Source: Eledone cirrhosa (lineage: Eukaryota). Taken from it: a DNA stretch of 64,000 nt. The DNA lies in assembly GCA_964016885.1 (NCBI GenBank), contig OZ024742.1:354764001-354828000 (forward strand), read 5' to 3'. The notes below the pieces were generated by a model. It saw only the letters and a program-made list of their open reading frames with translations. It searched no databases and had not been told where the DNA came from. The translations under genes were made by a program, and so were the position numbers. Positions 42,601 to 57,727 of the stretch are shown piece by piece (the stretch's first letter is position 1; each line of letters opens with the position of its first letter).

Positions 42601-45600
42601 CCAACTACCACAACTACCACTAATACTATCCCAACACCTTCGTCCCAACTACCATAACTACCACTAATACTATCCCAACACCTTCGTCTTAACTACCACA
42701 ACTACCACTAATACTATCCCAACACCTTCGTCCCAACTACCATAACTACCACTAATACTATCCCAACACCTTCGTCTTAACTACCACAACTACAACTAAT
42801 GATATCCCAACACATTCGTCTTAACTACCACAACTACCACTAATACTATCCCAACACCTCCGTCTTAACTACCACAACTACAACTAATACTATCCCAACA
42901 CCTTCGTCTTAACTACCACAACTACCACTAATGCTATCCCAACACCTTCGTCTTAACTACCAGAACTACCACTAATACTATCCCAACACCTTCGTCTTAA
43001 CTACCACAACTACCACTAATACTATCCCAACACCTTCGTCTTAACTACCACAACTACCACTAATACTATCCGAACACCTTCGTCTTAACTACTACAAATA
43101 CCACTAATACTATCCCAACACCTTCGTCCCAACTACCACAACTACCATTAATACTATCCCAACACCTTCGTCTTAACTACCACAACTACCACTAATACTA
43201 TCCCAACACCTTCGTCCCAACTACCACAACTACCACTAATACTATCCCAACACCTTCGTCTTAACTACCACAACTACAACTAATGCTATCCCAACACCTT
43301 CGTCTTAACTACCACAACTACCACTAATACTATCCCAACACCTTCGTCTTAACTACCACAACTACCACTAATGCTATCCCAACACCTTCGTCTTAACTAC
43401 CACAACTACAACTAATACTATCCAAACACCTTCGTCTTAACTACCACAACTACAACTAATACTATCCCAACACCTTCGTCTTAACTACCACAACTACCAC
43501 TAATACTATCCGAACACCTTCGTCTTAACTACCACAACTACCACTAATACTATCCCAACACCTTCGTATTAACTACCACAACTACCACTAATATTATCCC
43601 AACACCTTCGTCTTAACTACCACAACTACCACTAATACTATCCCAACACCTTCGTCCCAACTACCACAACTACCACTAATACTATCCCAACACCTTCGTC
43701 TTAACTACCACAACTACAACTAATGCTATCCCAACACATTCGTCTTAACTACCACAACTACCACTAATGCTATCCCAACACCTTCGTCTTAACTACCACA
43801 ACTACAACTAATGCTATCCCAACACCTTCGTCTTAACTACCACAACTACAACTAATGCTATCCCAACACCTTCGTCTTAACTACCACAACTACCACTAAT
43901 ACTATCCCAACACCTTCGTCTTAACTACCACAACTACCACTAATGCTATCCCAACACCTTCGTCTTAACTACCACAACTACAACTAATACTATCCAAACA
44001 CCTTCGTCTTAACTACCACAACTACAACTAATACTATCCCAACACCTTCGTCTTAACTACCACAACTACCACTAATACTATCCGAACACCTTCGTCTTAA
44101 CTACCACAACTACCACTAATACTATCCCAACACCTTCGTATTAACTACCACAACTACCACTAATATTATCCCAACACCTTCGTCTTAACTACCACAACTA
44201 CAACTAATACTATCCCAACACCTTCGTCTTAACTACCACAACTACCACTAATACTATCCCAACACCTTCGTCTTAACTACCAGGACTACCACTAATACTA
44301 TCCCAACACCTTCGTCTTAACTACCACAACTACCACTAATGCTATCCCAACACCTTCGTCTTAATTACCACAGCTACCAATAATACTATCCCAACACTTT
44401 CGTCTTAACTACCACAACTACCACTAATGCTATCCCAACACCTTCGTCTTAACTACCACAACTACCACTAATGCTATCCCAACACCTTCGTCTTAACTAC
44501 CACAACTACAACTAATGCTATCCCAACACCTTCCTCTTAACTACCACAACTACCACTAATTCTATCCCAACACCTTCGTCTTAACTACCACAACTACCAC
44601 TAATACTATCCCAACACCTTCCTCTTAACTACCACAACTACCACTAATACTATCCCAACACCTTCGTCTTAACTACCACAACTACCACTAATACTATCGC
44701 AACACCTTCCTCTTAACTACCACAACTACCACTAATACTATCCCAACACCTTCGTCTTAACTACCACAACTACCACTAATACTATCCCAACACCTTCGTC
44801 TTAACTACCACAACTACAACTAATGCTATCCCAACACCTTCCTCTTAACTACCACAACTACCACTAATTCTATCCCAACACCTTCGTCTTAACTACCACA
44901 ACTACCACTAATACTATCCCAACACCTTCCTCTTAACTACCACAACTACCACTAATACTATCCCAACACCTTCGTCTTAACTACCACAACTACCACTAAT
45001 ACTATCGCAACACCTTCCTCTTAACTACCACAACTACCACTAATACTATCCCAACACCTTCCTCTTAACTACCACAACTACCACTAATACTATCCCAACA
45101 CCTTCGTCTTCACTACCACAGCTACCACTAATACTATCCCAACACCTTCGTCTTAACTACCACAACTACCACTAATACTATCCCAACACCTTCGTCTTAA
45201 CTACCACAACTACCACTAATACTATCCCAACACCTTCGTCTTAACTACCACAACTACCACTAATACTATCCCAACACCTTCCTTTTAACTACCACAACTA
45301 ACACTAATACTATCCCAACACCTTCGTCTTAACTACCACAACTACTACTAATACTATCCCAACACCTTCCTCTTAACTACCACAACTACCACTAATACTA
45401 TCCCAACACCTTCGTCCCAACTACCACAACTACCACTAATACTATCCCAACACCTTCGTCTTAACTACCACAACTACCACTAATACTATCCCAACACATT
45501 CGTCTTAACTACCACAACTACAACTAATGCTATCCCAACACATTCGTCCCAACTACCACAACTACAACTAATGCTATCCCAACACCTTCGTCCCAACTAC

Positions 45601-48600
45601 CACAACTACCACTAATACTATCCCAACACCTTCGTCTTAACTACCACAACTACCACTAATACTATCCCAACACATTCGTCCCAACTACCACAACTACAAC
45701 TAATGCTATCCCAACACCTTCGTCCCAACTACCACAACTACCACTAATACTATCCCAACACCTTCGTCTTAACTACCACAACTACCACTAATACTATCCC
45801 AACACATTCGTCCCAACTACCACAACTACAACTAATGCTATCCCAACACCTTCGTCCCAACTACCACAACTACCACTAATACTATCCCAACACCTTCGTC
45901 CCAACTACCACAACTACCACTAATACTATCCCAACACCTTCGTCCCAACTACCACAACTACAACTAATGCTATCCCAACACATTCGTCTTAACTACCACA
46001 ACTACCACTAATGCTATCCCAACACCTTCGTCTTAACTACCACAACTACAACTAATACTATCCCAGCACATTCGTCTTAACTACCACAACTACCACTAAT
46101 ACTATCCCAACACCTTCGTCTTAACTACCACAACTACAACTAATGATATCCCAACACATTCGTCTTAACTACCACAACTACCACTAATGCTATCCCAACA
46201 CCTTCGTCTTAACTACCACAACTACCACTAATACTATCCCAACACCTTCGTCTTAACTACCAAAACTACAACTAATACTATCCCAACACATTCGTCTTAA
46301 CTACCACAACTACCACTAATACTATCCCAACACATTCGTCTTAACTACCACAACTACAACAAATGCTATCCCAACACCTTCGTCCCAACTACCACAACTA
46401 CCACTAATACTATCCCAACACCTTCGTCTTAACTACCACAACTACCACTAATGCTATCCCAACACCTTCGTCCCAACTACCACAACTACCACTAATACTA
46501 TCCCAACACCTTCGTCTTAACTACCACAACTACAACTAATGCTATCCCAACACATTCGTCCCAACTACCACAACTACCACTAATACTATCCCAACACATT
46601 CGTCTTAACTACCACAACTACCACTAATACTATCCCAACACATTCGTCTTAACTACCACAACTACAACTAATGCTATCCCAACACATTCGTCTTAACTAC
46701 CACAACTACCACTAATGCTATCCCAACACCTTCGTCTTAACTACCACAACTACAACTAATGCTATCCCAACACCTTCTTCTTAACTACCACAACTACCAC
46801 TAATACTATCCCAAGACCTTCGTCTTAACTACCACAACTACCACTAATGCTATCCCAACACCTTCGTCTTAACTACCACAACTACCACTAATACTATCCC
46901 AACACCTTCGTCTTAACTACCACAACTACAACTAATGCTATCCCAACACCTTCGTCTTAACTACCACAACTACCACTAATACTATCCCAACACCTTCGTC
47001 TTAACTACCACAACTACCACTAATGCTATCCCAACACCTTCGTCTTAACTACCACAACTACAACTAATACTATCCAAACACCTTCGTCTTAACTACCACA
47101 ACTACAACTAATACTATCCCAACACTTTCGTCTTAACTACCACAACTACCACTAATACTATCCCAACACCTTCGTCTTAACTACCACAACTACCACTAAT
47201 ACTATCCCAACACCTTCGTCTTAACTACCACAACTACCACTAATAGTATCCCAACACCTTCGTCTTAACTACCACAACTACAACTAATACTATCCCAACA
47301 CCTTCGTCTTAACTACCACAACTACCACTAATGCTATCCCAACACCTTCGTCTTAACTAACAGGACTACCACTAATACTATCCCAACACCTTCGTCTTAA
47401 CTACCACAACTACCACTAATGCTATCCCAACACATTCGTCTTAATTACCACAACTACCACTAATACTATCCCAACACTTTCGTCTTAACTACCACAACTA
47501 CCACTAATGCTATCCCAACACCTTCGTCTTAACTACCACAACTACCACTAATGCTATCCCAACACCTTCGTCTTAACTACCAAAACAACCACTAATTCTA
47601 TCCCAACACCTTCGTCTTAACTACCACAACTACCACTAATACTATCCAAACACCTTCCTCTTAACTACCACAACTACCACTAATACTATCCCAACACCTT
47701 CCTCTTAACTACCACAACTACCACTAATACTATCCCAACACCTTCGTCTTAACTACCACAACTACCACTAATACTATCCCAACACCTTCGTCTTAACTAC
47801 CATAACTACCACTAATACTATCCCAACACCTTCCTCTTAACTACCACAACTACCACTAATACTATCCCAACACCTTCGTCTTAACTACCACAACTACCAC
47901 TAATACTATCCCAACACCTTCGTCTTAACTACCACAACTACCACTAATACTATCCCAACACCTTCGTCTTAACTACCACAACTACCACTAATACTATCCC
48001 AACACCTTCGTCCCAACTACCACAACTACCACTAATACTATCCCAACACCTTCGTCCCAACTACCATAACTACCACTAATACTATCCCAACACCTTCGTC
48101 TTAACTACCACAACTACCACTAATACTATCCCAACACCTTCGTCCCAACTACCATAACTACCACTAATACTATCCCAACACCTTCGTCTTAACTACCACA
48201 ACTACAACTAATGATATCCCAACACATTCGTCTTAACTACCACAACTACCACTAATACTATCCCAACACCTTCGTCTTAACTACCACAACTACCACTAAT
48301 ACTATCCCAACACCTCCGTCTTAACTACCACAACTACAACTAATACTATCCCAACACCTTCGTCTTAACTACCACAACTACCACTAATGCTATCCCAACA
48401 CCTTCGTCTTAACTACCAGAACTACCACTAATACTATCCCAACACCTTCGTCTTAACTACCACAACTACCACTAATACTATCCCAACACCTTCGTCTTAA
48501 CTACCACAACTACCACTAATACTATCCGAACACCTTCGTCTTAACTACTACAAATACCACTAATACTATCCCAACACCTTCGTCCCAACTACCACAACTA

Positions 48601-51600
48601 CCACTAATACTATCCCAACACCTTCGTCTTAACTACCACAACTACCACTAATACTATCCCAACACCTTCGTCCCAACTACCACAACTACCACTAATACTA
48701 TCCCAACACCTTCGTCTTAACTACCACAACTACAACTAATGCTATCCCAACACCTTCGTCTTAACTACCACAACTACCACTAATACTATCCCAACACCTT
48801 CGTCTTAACTACCACAACTACCACTAATGCTATCCCAACACCTTCGTCTTAACTACCACAACTACAACTAATACTATCCAAACACCTTCGTCTTAACTAC
48901 CACAACTACAACTAATACTATCCCAACACCTTCGTCTTAACTACCACAACTACCACTAATACTATCCGAACACCTTCGTCTTAACTACCACAACTACCAC
49001 TAATACTATCCCAACACCTTCGTATTAACTACCACAACTACCACTAATACTATCCCAACACCTTCGTCTTAACTACCACAACTACCACTAATACTATCGC
49101 AACACCTTCCTCTTAACTACCACAACTACCACTAATACTATCCCAACACCTTCGTCTTAACTACCAGGACTACCACTAATACTATCCCAACACCTTCGTC
49201 TTAACTACCACAACTACCACTAATGCTATCCCAACACCTTCGTCTTAATTACCACAACTACCACTAATACTATCCCAACACCTTCGTCTTAACTACCACA
49301 ACTACCACTAATGCTATCCCAACACCTTCGTCTTAACTACCACAACTACCACTAATACTATCCCAACACTTTCGTCTTAACTACCACAACTACCACTAAT
49401 GCTATCCCAACACCTTCGTCTTAACTACCACAACTACCACTAATGCTATCCCAACACCTTCGTCTTAACTACCACAACTACAACTAATGCTATCCCAACA
49501 CTTTCCTCTTAACTACCACAACTACCACTAATACTATCCCAACACCTTCGTCTTAACTACCACAACTACCACTAATACTATCCCAACACCTTCCTCTTAA
49601 CTACCACAACTACCACTAATACTATCCCAACACTTTCGTCTTAACTACCACAACTACCACTAATGCTATCCCAACACCTTCCTCTTAACTACCACAACTA
49701 CAACTAATGCTATCCCAACACTTTCCTCTTAACTACCACAACTACCACTAATACTATCCCAACACCTTCGTCTTAACTACCACAACTACCACTAATACTA
49801 TCCCAACACCTTCCTCTTAACTACCACAACTACCACTAATTCTATCCCAACACCTTCGTCTTAACTACCACAACTAACACTAATGCTATCCCAACACCTT
49901 CGTCTTAACTACCACAACTACCACTAATACTATCCCAACATCTTCGTCTTAACTACCACAACTACCACTAATACTATCGCAACACCTTCGTCTTAACTAC
50001 CACAACTACCACTAATACTATCCCAACACCTTCCTCTTAACTACCACAACTACCACTAATACTATCCCAACACCTTCGTCTTAACTACCACAACTACCAC
50101 TAATACTATCCCAACATCTTCGTCTTAACTACCACAACTACCACTAATACTATCGCAACACCTTCGTCTTAACTACCACAACTACCACTAATACTATCCC
50201 AACACCTTCCTCTTAACTACCACAACTACCACTAATACTATCCCAACACCTTCGTCTTAACTACCACAACTAACACTAATACTATCCCAACACCTTCGTC
50301 TTAACTACCACAACTACCACTAATACTATCCCAACACCTTCCTCTTAACTACCACAACTACAACTAATGCTATCCCAACACCTTCGTCTTAACTACCACA
50401 ACTACCACTAATACTATCCCAACATCTTCGTCTTAACTACCACAACTACCACTAATACTATCGCAACACCTTCCTCTTAACTACCACAACTACCACTAAT
50501 ACTATCCCAACACCTTCCTCTTAACTACCACAACTACCACTAATACTATCCCAACACCTTCGTCTTAACTACCACAACTACCACTAATACTATCCCAACA
50601 CCTTTCTCTTAACTACCACAACTACCACTAATACTATCCCAACACCTTCGTCTTAACTACCACAACTACCACTAATACTATCCCAACACCTTCGTCTTAA
50701 CTACCACAACTACCACTAATACTATCCCAACACCTTCGTCTTAACTACCACAACTACCACTAATACTATCCCAACACCTTCGTCTTAACTACCACAACTA
50801 CCACTAATACTATCCCAACACCTTCGTCTTAACTACCACAACTACCACTAATACTATCCCAACACCTTCCTCTTAACTACCACAACTACCACTAATACTA
50901 TCGCAACACCTTCCTCTTAACTACCACAACTACCACTAATACTATCCCAACACCTTCGTCTTAACTACCACAACTACCACTAATACTATCCCAACACCTT
51001 CGTCTTAACTACCACAACTACCACTAATACTATCCCAACACCTTCGTCCCAACTACCACAACTACCACTAATACTATCCCAACACCTTCGTCTTAACTAC
51101 CACAACTACAACTAATGCTATCCCAACACCTTCGTCTTAACTACCACAACTACCTCTAATGCTATCCCAACACCTTCGTCTTAACTACCACAACTACCAC
51201 TAATACTATCCCAACACCTTCGTCTTAACTACCACAACTACCACTAATACTATCCCAACACCTTCGTCCCAACTACCATAACTACCACTAATACTATCCC
51301 AACACCTTCGTCTTAACTACCACAACTACAACTAATGCTATCCCAACACATTCGTCTTAACTACCACAACTACCACTAATACTATCCCAACACCTTCGTC
51401 TTAACTACCACAACTACAACTAATGCTATCCCAACACATTCGTCTTAACTACCACAACTACCACTAATACTATCCCAACACCTTCGTCTTAACTACCACA
51501 ACTACCACTAATACTATCCCTACACCTCCGTCTTAACTACCACAACTACAACTAATACTATCCCAACACCTTCGTCTTAACTACCACAACTACCACTAAT

Positions 51601-54600
51601 GCTATCCCAATACCTTCGTCTTAACTACCAGAACTACCACTAATACTATCCCAACACCTTCGTCTTAACTACCACAACTACAACTAATGCTATCCCAACA
51701 CCTTCGTCTTAACTACCACAACTACCACTAAAACTATCCCAACACTTTCGTCTTAACTACCACAACTACCACTAATACTATCCCAACACCTTCGTCTTAA
51801 CTACCACAACTACCACTAATACTATCCCAACACCTTCGTCTTAACTACCACAACTACAACTAATGCTATCCCAACACATTCGTCCCAACTACCACAACTA
51901 CCACTAATACTATCCCAACACCTTCGTCTTAACTACCACAACTACCACTAATACTATCCCAACACCTTCGTGTTAACTACCACAACTACCACTAATGCTA
52001 TCCCAACACCTTCGTCCCAACTACCACAACTACCACTAATACTATCCCAACACCTTCGTCTTAACTACCACAACTACAACTAATGCTATCCCAACACATT
52101 CGTCCCAACTACCACAACTACCACTAATACTATCCCAACACATTCGTCCCAACTACCACAACTACCACTAATACTATCCCAACACATTCGTCTTAACTAC
52201 CACAACTACCACTAATACTATCCCAACACCTTCGTCTTAACTACCACAACTACCACTAATACTATCCCAACACATTCGTCTTAACTACCACAACTACAAC
52301 TAATGCTATCCCAACACATTCGTCTTAACTACCACAACTACCACTAATGCTATCCCAACACCTTCGTCTTAACTACCACAACTACAACTAATGCTATCCC
52401 AACACCTTCTTCTTAACTACCACAACTACCACTAATACTATCCCAAGACCTTCGTCTTAACTACCACAACTACCACTAATGCTATCCCAACACCTTCGTC
52501 TTAACTACCACAACTACCACTAATACTATCCCAACACCTTCGTCTTAACTACCACAACTACAACTAATGCTATCCCAACACCTTCGTCTTAACTACCACA
52601 ACTACCACTAATACTATCCCAACACCTTCGTCTTAACTACCACAACTACCACTAATGCTATCCCAACACCTTCGTCTTAACTACCACAACTACAACTAAT
52701 ACTATCCAAACACCTTCGTCTTAACTACCACAACTACAACTAATACTATCCCAACACTTTCGTCTTAACTACCACAACTACCACTAATACTATCCCAACA
52801 CCTTCGTCTTAACTACCACAACTACCACTAATACTATCCCAACACCTTCGTCTTAACTACCACAACTACCACTAATAGTATCCCAACAACTTCGTCTTAA
52901 CTACCACAACTACAACTAATACTATCCCAACACCTTCGTCTTAACTACCACAACTACCACTAATGCTATCCCAACACCTTCGTCTTAACTAACAGGACTA
53001 CCACTAATACTATCCCAACACCTTCGTCTTAACTACCACAACTACCACTAATGCTATCCCAACACATTCGTCTTAATTACCACAACTACCACTAATACTA
53101 TCCCAACACTTTCGTCTTAACTACCACAACTACCACTAATGCTATCCCAACACCTTCGTCTTAACTACCACAACTACCACTAATGCTATCCCAACACCTT
53201 CGTCTTAACTACCAAAACAACCACTAATTCTATCCCAACACCTTCGTCTTAACTACCACAACTACCACTAATACTATCCAAACACCTTCGTCTTAACTAC
53301 CACAACTACCACTAATACTATCCAAACACCTTCGTCTTAACTACCACAACTACCACTAATACTATCCAAACACCTTCGTCTTAACTACCACAACTACCAC
53401 TAATGCTATCCCAACACCTTCGTCTTAACTACCACAACTACCACTAATGCTATCCCAACACCTTCGTCTTAACTACCAAAACAACCACTAATTCTATCCC
53501 AACACCTTCCTCTTAACTACCACAACTACCACTAATACTATCCCAACACCTTCCTCTTAACTACCACAACTACCACTAATACTATCCCAACACCTTCCTC
53601 TTCACTACCACAACTACCACTAATACTATCCCAACACCTTCGTCTTAACTACCACAACTACCACTAATACTATCCCAACACCTTCGTCTTAACTACCACA
53701 ACTACCACTAATACTATCCCAACACCTTCCTCTTAACTACCACAACTACCACTAATACTATCCCAACACCTTCGTCTTAACTACCACAACTACCACTAAT
53801 ACTATCCCAACACCTTCGTCTTAACTACCATAACTACCACTAATACTATCCCAACACCTTCCTCTTAACTACCACAACTACCACTAATACTATCCCAACA
53901 CCTTCGTCTTAACTACCACAACTACCACTAATACTATCCCAACACCTTCGTCTTAACTACCATAACTACCACTAATACTATCCCAACACCTTCCTCTTAA
54001 CTACCACAACTACCACTAATACTATCCCAACACCTTCGTCTTAACTACCACAACTACCACTAATACTATCCCAACACATTCGTCTTAACTACCACAACTA
54101 CCACTAATACTATCCCAACACCTTCGTCTTAACTACCACAACTACCACTAATACTATCCCAACACCTTCGTCTTAACTACCACAACTACAACTAATACTA
54201 TCCCAACACATTCGTCTTAACTACCACAACTACCACTAATTTTATCCCAACACCTTCCTCTTAACTACCACAACTACCACTAATACTATCCCAACACCTT
54301 CGTCTTAACTACCACAACTACCACTAATACTATCCCAACACATTCGTCTTAACTACCACAACTACCACTAATACTATCCCAACACCTTCGTCTTAACTAC
54401 CACAACTACCACTAATACTATCCCAACACCTTCGTCTTAACTACCACAACTACCACTAATACTATCCCAACACCTTCCTCTTAACTACCACAACTACCAC
54501 TAATACTATCCCAACACCTTCGTCTTAACTACCACAACTACCACTAATACTATCCCAACACATTCGTCTTAACTACCACAACTACCACTAATACTATCCC

Positions 54601-57580
54601 AACACCTTCGTCTTAACTACCACAACTACCACTAATACTATCCCAACACCTTCGTCTTAACTACCACAACTACAACTAATACTATCCCAACACATTCGTC
54701 TTAACTACCACAACTACCACTAATTTTATCCCAACACCTTCCTCTTAACTACCACAACTACCACTAATACTATCCCAACACCTTCGTCTTAACTACCACA
54801 ACTACCACTAATACTATCCCAACACCTTCGTCTTAACTACCACAACTACCACTAATACTATCCCAACACCTTCGTCCCAACTACCATAACTACCACTAAT
54901 ACTATCCCAACACCTTCGTCTTAACTACCACAACTACAACTAATGTTATCCCAACACATTCGTCTTAACTACCACAACTACCACTAATACTATCCCAACA
55001 CCTTCGTCTTAACTACCACAACTACCACTAATACTATCCCAACACCTCCGTCTTAACTACCACAACTACAACTAATACTATCCCAACACCTTCGTCTTAA
55101 CTACCACAACTACCACTAATGCTATCCCAACACCTTCGTCTTAACTACCAGAACTACCACTAATACTATCCCAACACCTTCGTCTTAACTACCACAACTA
55201 CCACTAATACTATCCCAACATCTTCGTCTTAACTACGACAACTACCACTAATACTATCCGAACACATTCGTCTTAACTACTACAAATACCACTAATACTA
55301 TCCCAACACCTTCGTCCCAACTACCACAACTACCACTAATACTATCCCAACACCTTCGTCTTAACTACCACAACTACCACTAATACTATCCAAACACCTT
55401 CGTCCCAACTACCACAACTACCACTAATACTATCCCAACACCTTCGTCTTAACTACCACAACTACAACTAATGCTATCCCAACACATTCGTCTTAACTAC
55501 CACAACTACCACTAATGCTATCCCAACACCTTCGTCTTAACTACCACAACTACAGCTAATGCTATCCCAACACCTTCGTCTTAACTACCACAACTACAAC
55601 TAATGCTATCCCAACACCTTCGTCTTAACTACCACAACTACCACTAATACTATCCCAACACCTTCGTCTTAACTACCACAACTACCACTAATGCTATCCC
55701 AACACCTTCGTCTTAACTACCACAACTACAACTAATACTATCCAAACACCTTCGTCTTAACTACCACAACTACAACTAATACTATCCCAACACCTTCGTC
55801 TTAACTACCACAACTACCACTAATACTATCCGAACATCTTCGTCTTAACTACCACAACTACCACTAATACTATCCCAACACCTTCGTATTAACTACCACA
55901 ACTACCACTAATACTATCCCAACACATTCGTCTTAACTACCACAACTACCACTAATACTATCCCAACACCTTCGTCTTAACTACCACAACTACAACTAAT
56001 ACTATCCCAACACCTTCGTCTTAACTACCACAACTACCACTAATACTATCCCAACACCTTCGTCTTAACTACCAGGACTACCACTAATACTATCCCAACA
56101 CCTTCGTCTTAACTACCACAACTACCACTAATTCTATCCCAACACCTTCGTCTTAACTACCACAACTACCACTAATACTATCCCAACACCTTCCTCTTAA
56201 CTACCACAACTACCACTAATACTATCCCAACACCTTCGTCTTAACTACCACAACTACCACTAATACTATCGCAACACCTTCCTCTTAACTACCACAACTA
56301 CCACTAATACTATCCCAACACCTTCGTCTTAACTACCACAACTACCACTAATACTATCCCAACACCTTCCTCTTAACTACCACAACTAACACTAATACTA
56401 TCCCAACACCTTCGTCTTAACTACCACAACTACCACTAATACTATCCCAACACCTTCGTCTTAACTACCACAACTACCACTAATACTATCCCAACACCTT
56501 CGTCTTCACTACCACAACTACCACTAATACTATCCCAACACCTTCGTCTTAACTACCACAACTACCACTAATACTATCCCAACACCTTCGTCTTAACTAC
56601 CACAACTACCACTAATACTATCCCAACACCTTCCTCTTAACTACCACAACTAACACTAATACTATCCCAACACCTTCGTCTTAACTACCACAACTACCAC
56701 TAATACTATCCCAACACCTTCGTCTTAACTACCACAACTACCACTAATGCTATCCCAACACCTTCGTCTTAACTACCACAACTACCACTAATACTATCCC
56801 AACACATTCGTCTTAACTACCACAACTACCACTAATACTATCCCAACACCTTCCTCTTAACTACCACAACTACCACTAATACTATCCCAACACCTTCGTC
56901 CCAACTACCATAACTACCACTAATACTATCCCAACACCTTCGTCTTAACTACCACAACTACAACTAATGCTATCCCAACACATTCGTCTTAACTACCACA
57001 ACTACCACTAATACTATCCCAACACCTTCGTCTTAACTACCACAACTACCACTAATACTATCCCTACACCTCCGTCTTAACTACCACAACTACAACTAAT
57101 ACTATCCCAACACCTTCGTCTTAACTACCACAACTACCACTAATGCTATCCCAATACCTTCGTCTTAACTACCAGAACTACCACTAATACTATCCCAACA
57201 CCTTCGTCTTAACTACCACAACTACAACTAATGCTATCCCAACACCTTCGTCTTAACTACCACAACTACCACTAATACTATCCCAACACTTTCGTCTTAA
57301 CTACCACAACTACCACTAATACTATCCCAACACCTTCGTCTTAACTACCACAACTACCACTAATACTATCCCAACACCTTCGTCTTAACTACCACAACTA
57401 CCACTAATACTATCCCAACACCTTCGTCTTAACTACCACAACTACCACTAATACTATCCCAACAGTTTCGTCTTAACTACCACAACTACCACTAATACTA
57501 TCCCAACACCTTCGTCTTAACTACCAGAACTACCACTAATACTATCCCAACACCTTCGTCTTAACTACCACAACTACCAC
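12596..57580 (+). repeat. 45-kb satellite array, 44-bp monomer CCTTCGTCTTAACTACCACAACTACCACTAATACTATCCCAACA, ~1,021 full copies
   Basis: Monomer starts at 12631 and 57553 differ by 44,922 = 1021 x 44 - 2, matching two visible 1-bp deletions near 19978 and 20061. The first unit (12596-12630) is 35 bp. No ORF and no spacers. Confidence 0.98.
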
Positions 57581-57727
57581 ATATATTACAACACCGTTTT
57601 CACTACCGTATAATTCTACTGCCCCCCCCCCCCCAAAAAAAAACATTCTTCTTCACTACTACATACCACTAGATTCACTATTAGCAACATCATTATCATC
57701 ATTATCAACATTATCATCACCATCAAT
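57581..57727 (+). other. C/A-rich low-complexity tail (C13, A9, (ATC/ATT)n), likely the rest of the retrotransposon 3'UTR/tail
   Basis: Keeps the array's G-poor strand bias and CACTAC words, and ends in CATCATTATCATCATTATCAACATTATCATCACCATC. Confidence 0.45.

Noticed and set aside
12596-57580. CRISPR array, or repeat-protein/mucin-like CDS
   Set aside because: There are no unique spacers or cas genes and the context is eukaryotic. The 44-bp period with TAA/TAG closes all frames, and the ORF track is empty here.
12596-57580. Telomeric repeat tract
   Set aside because: It is strand-skewed, but has no TTAGGG/TTAGG units and is flanked on both sides by ordinary sequence.
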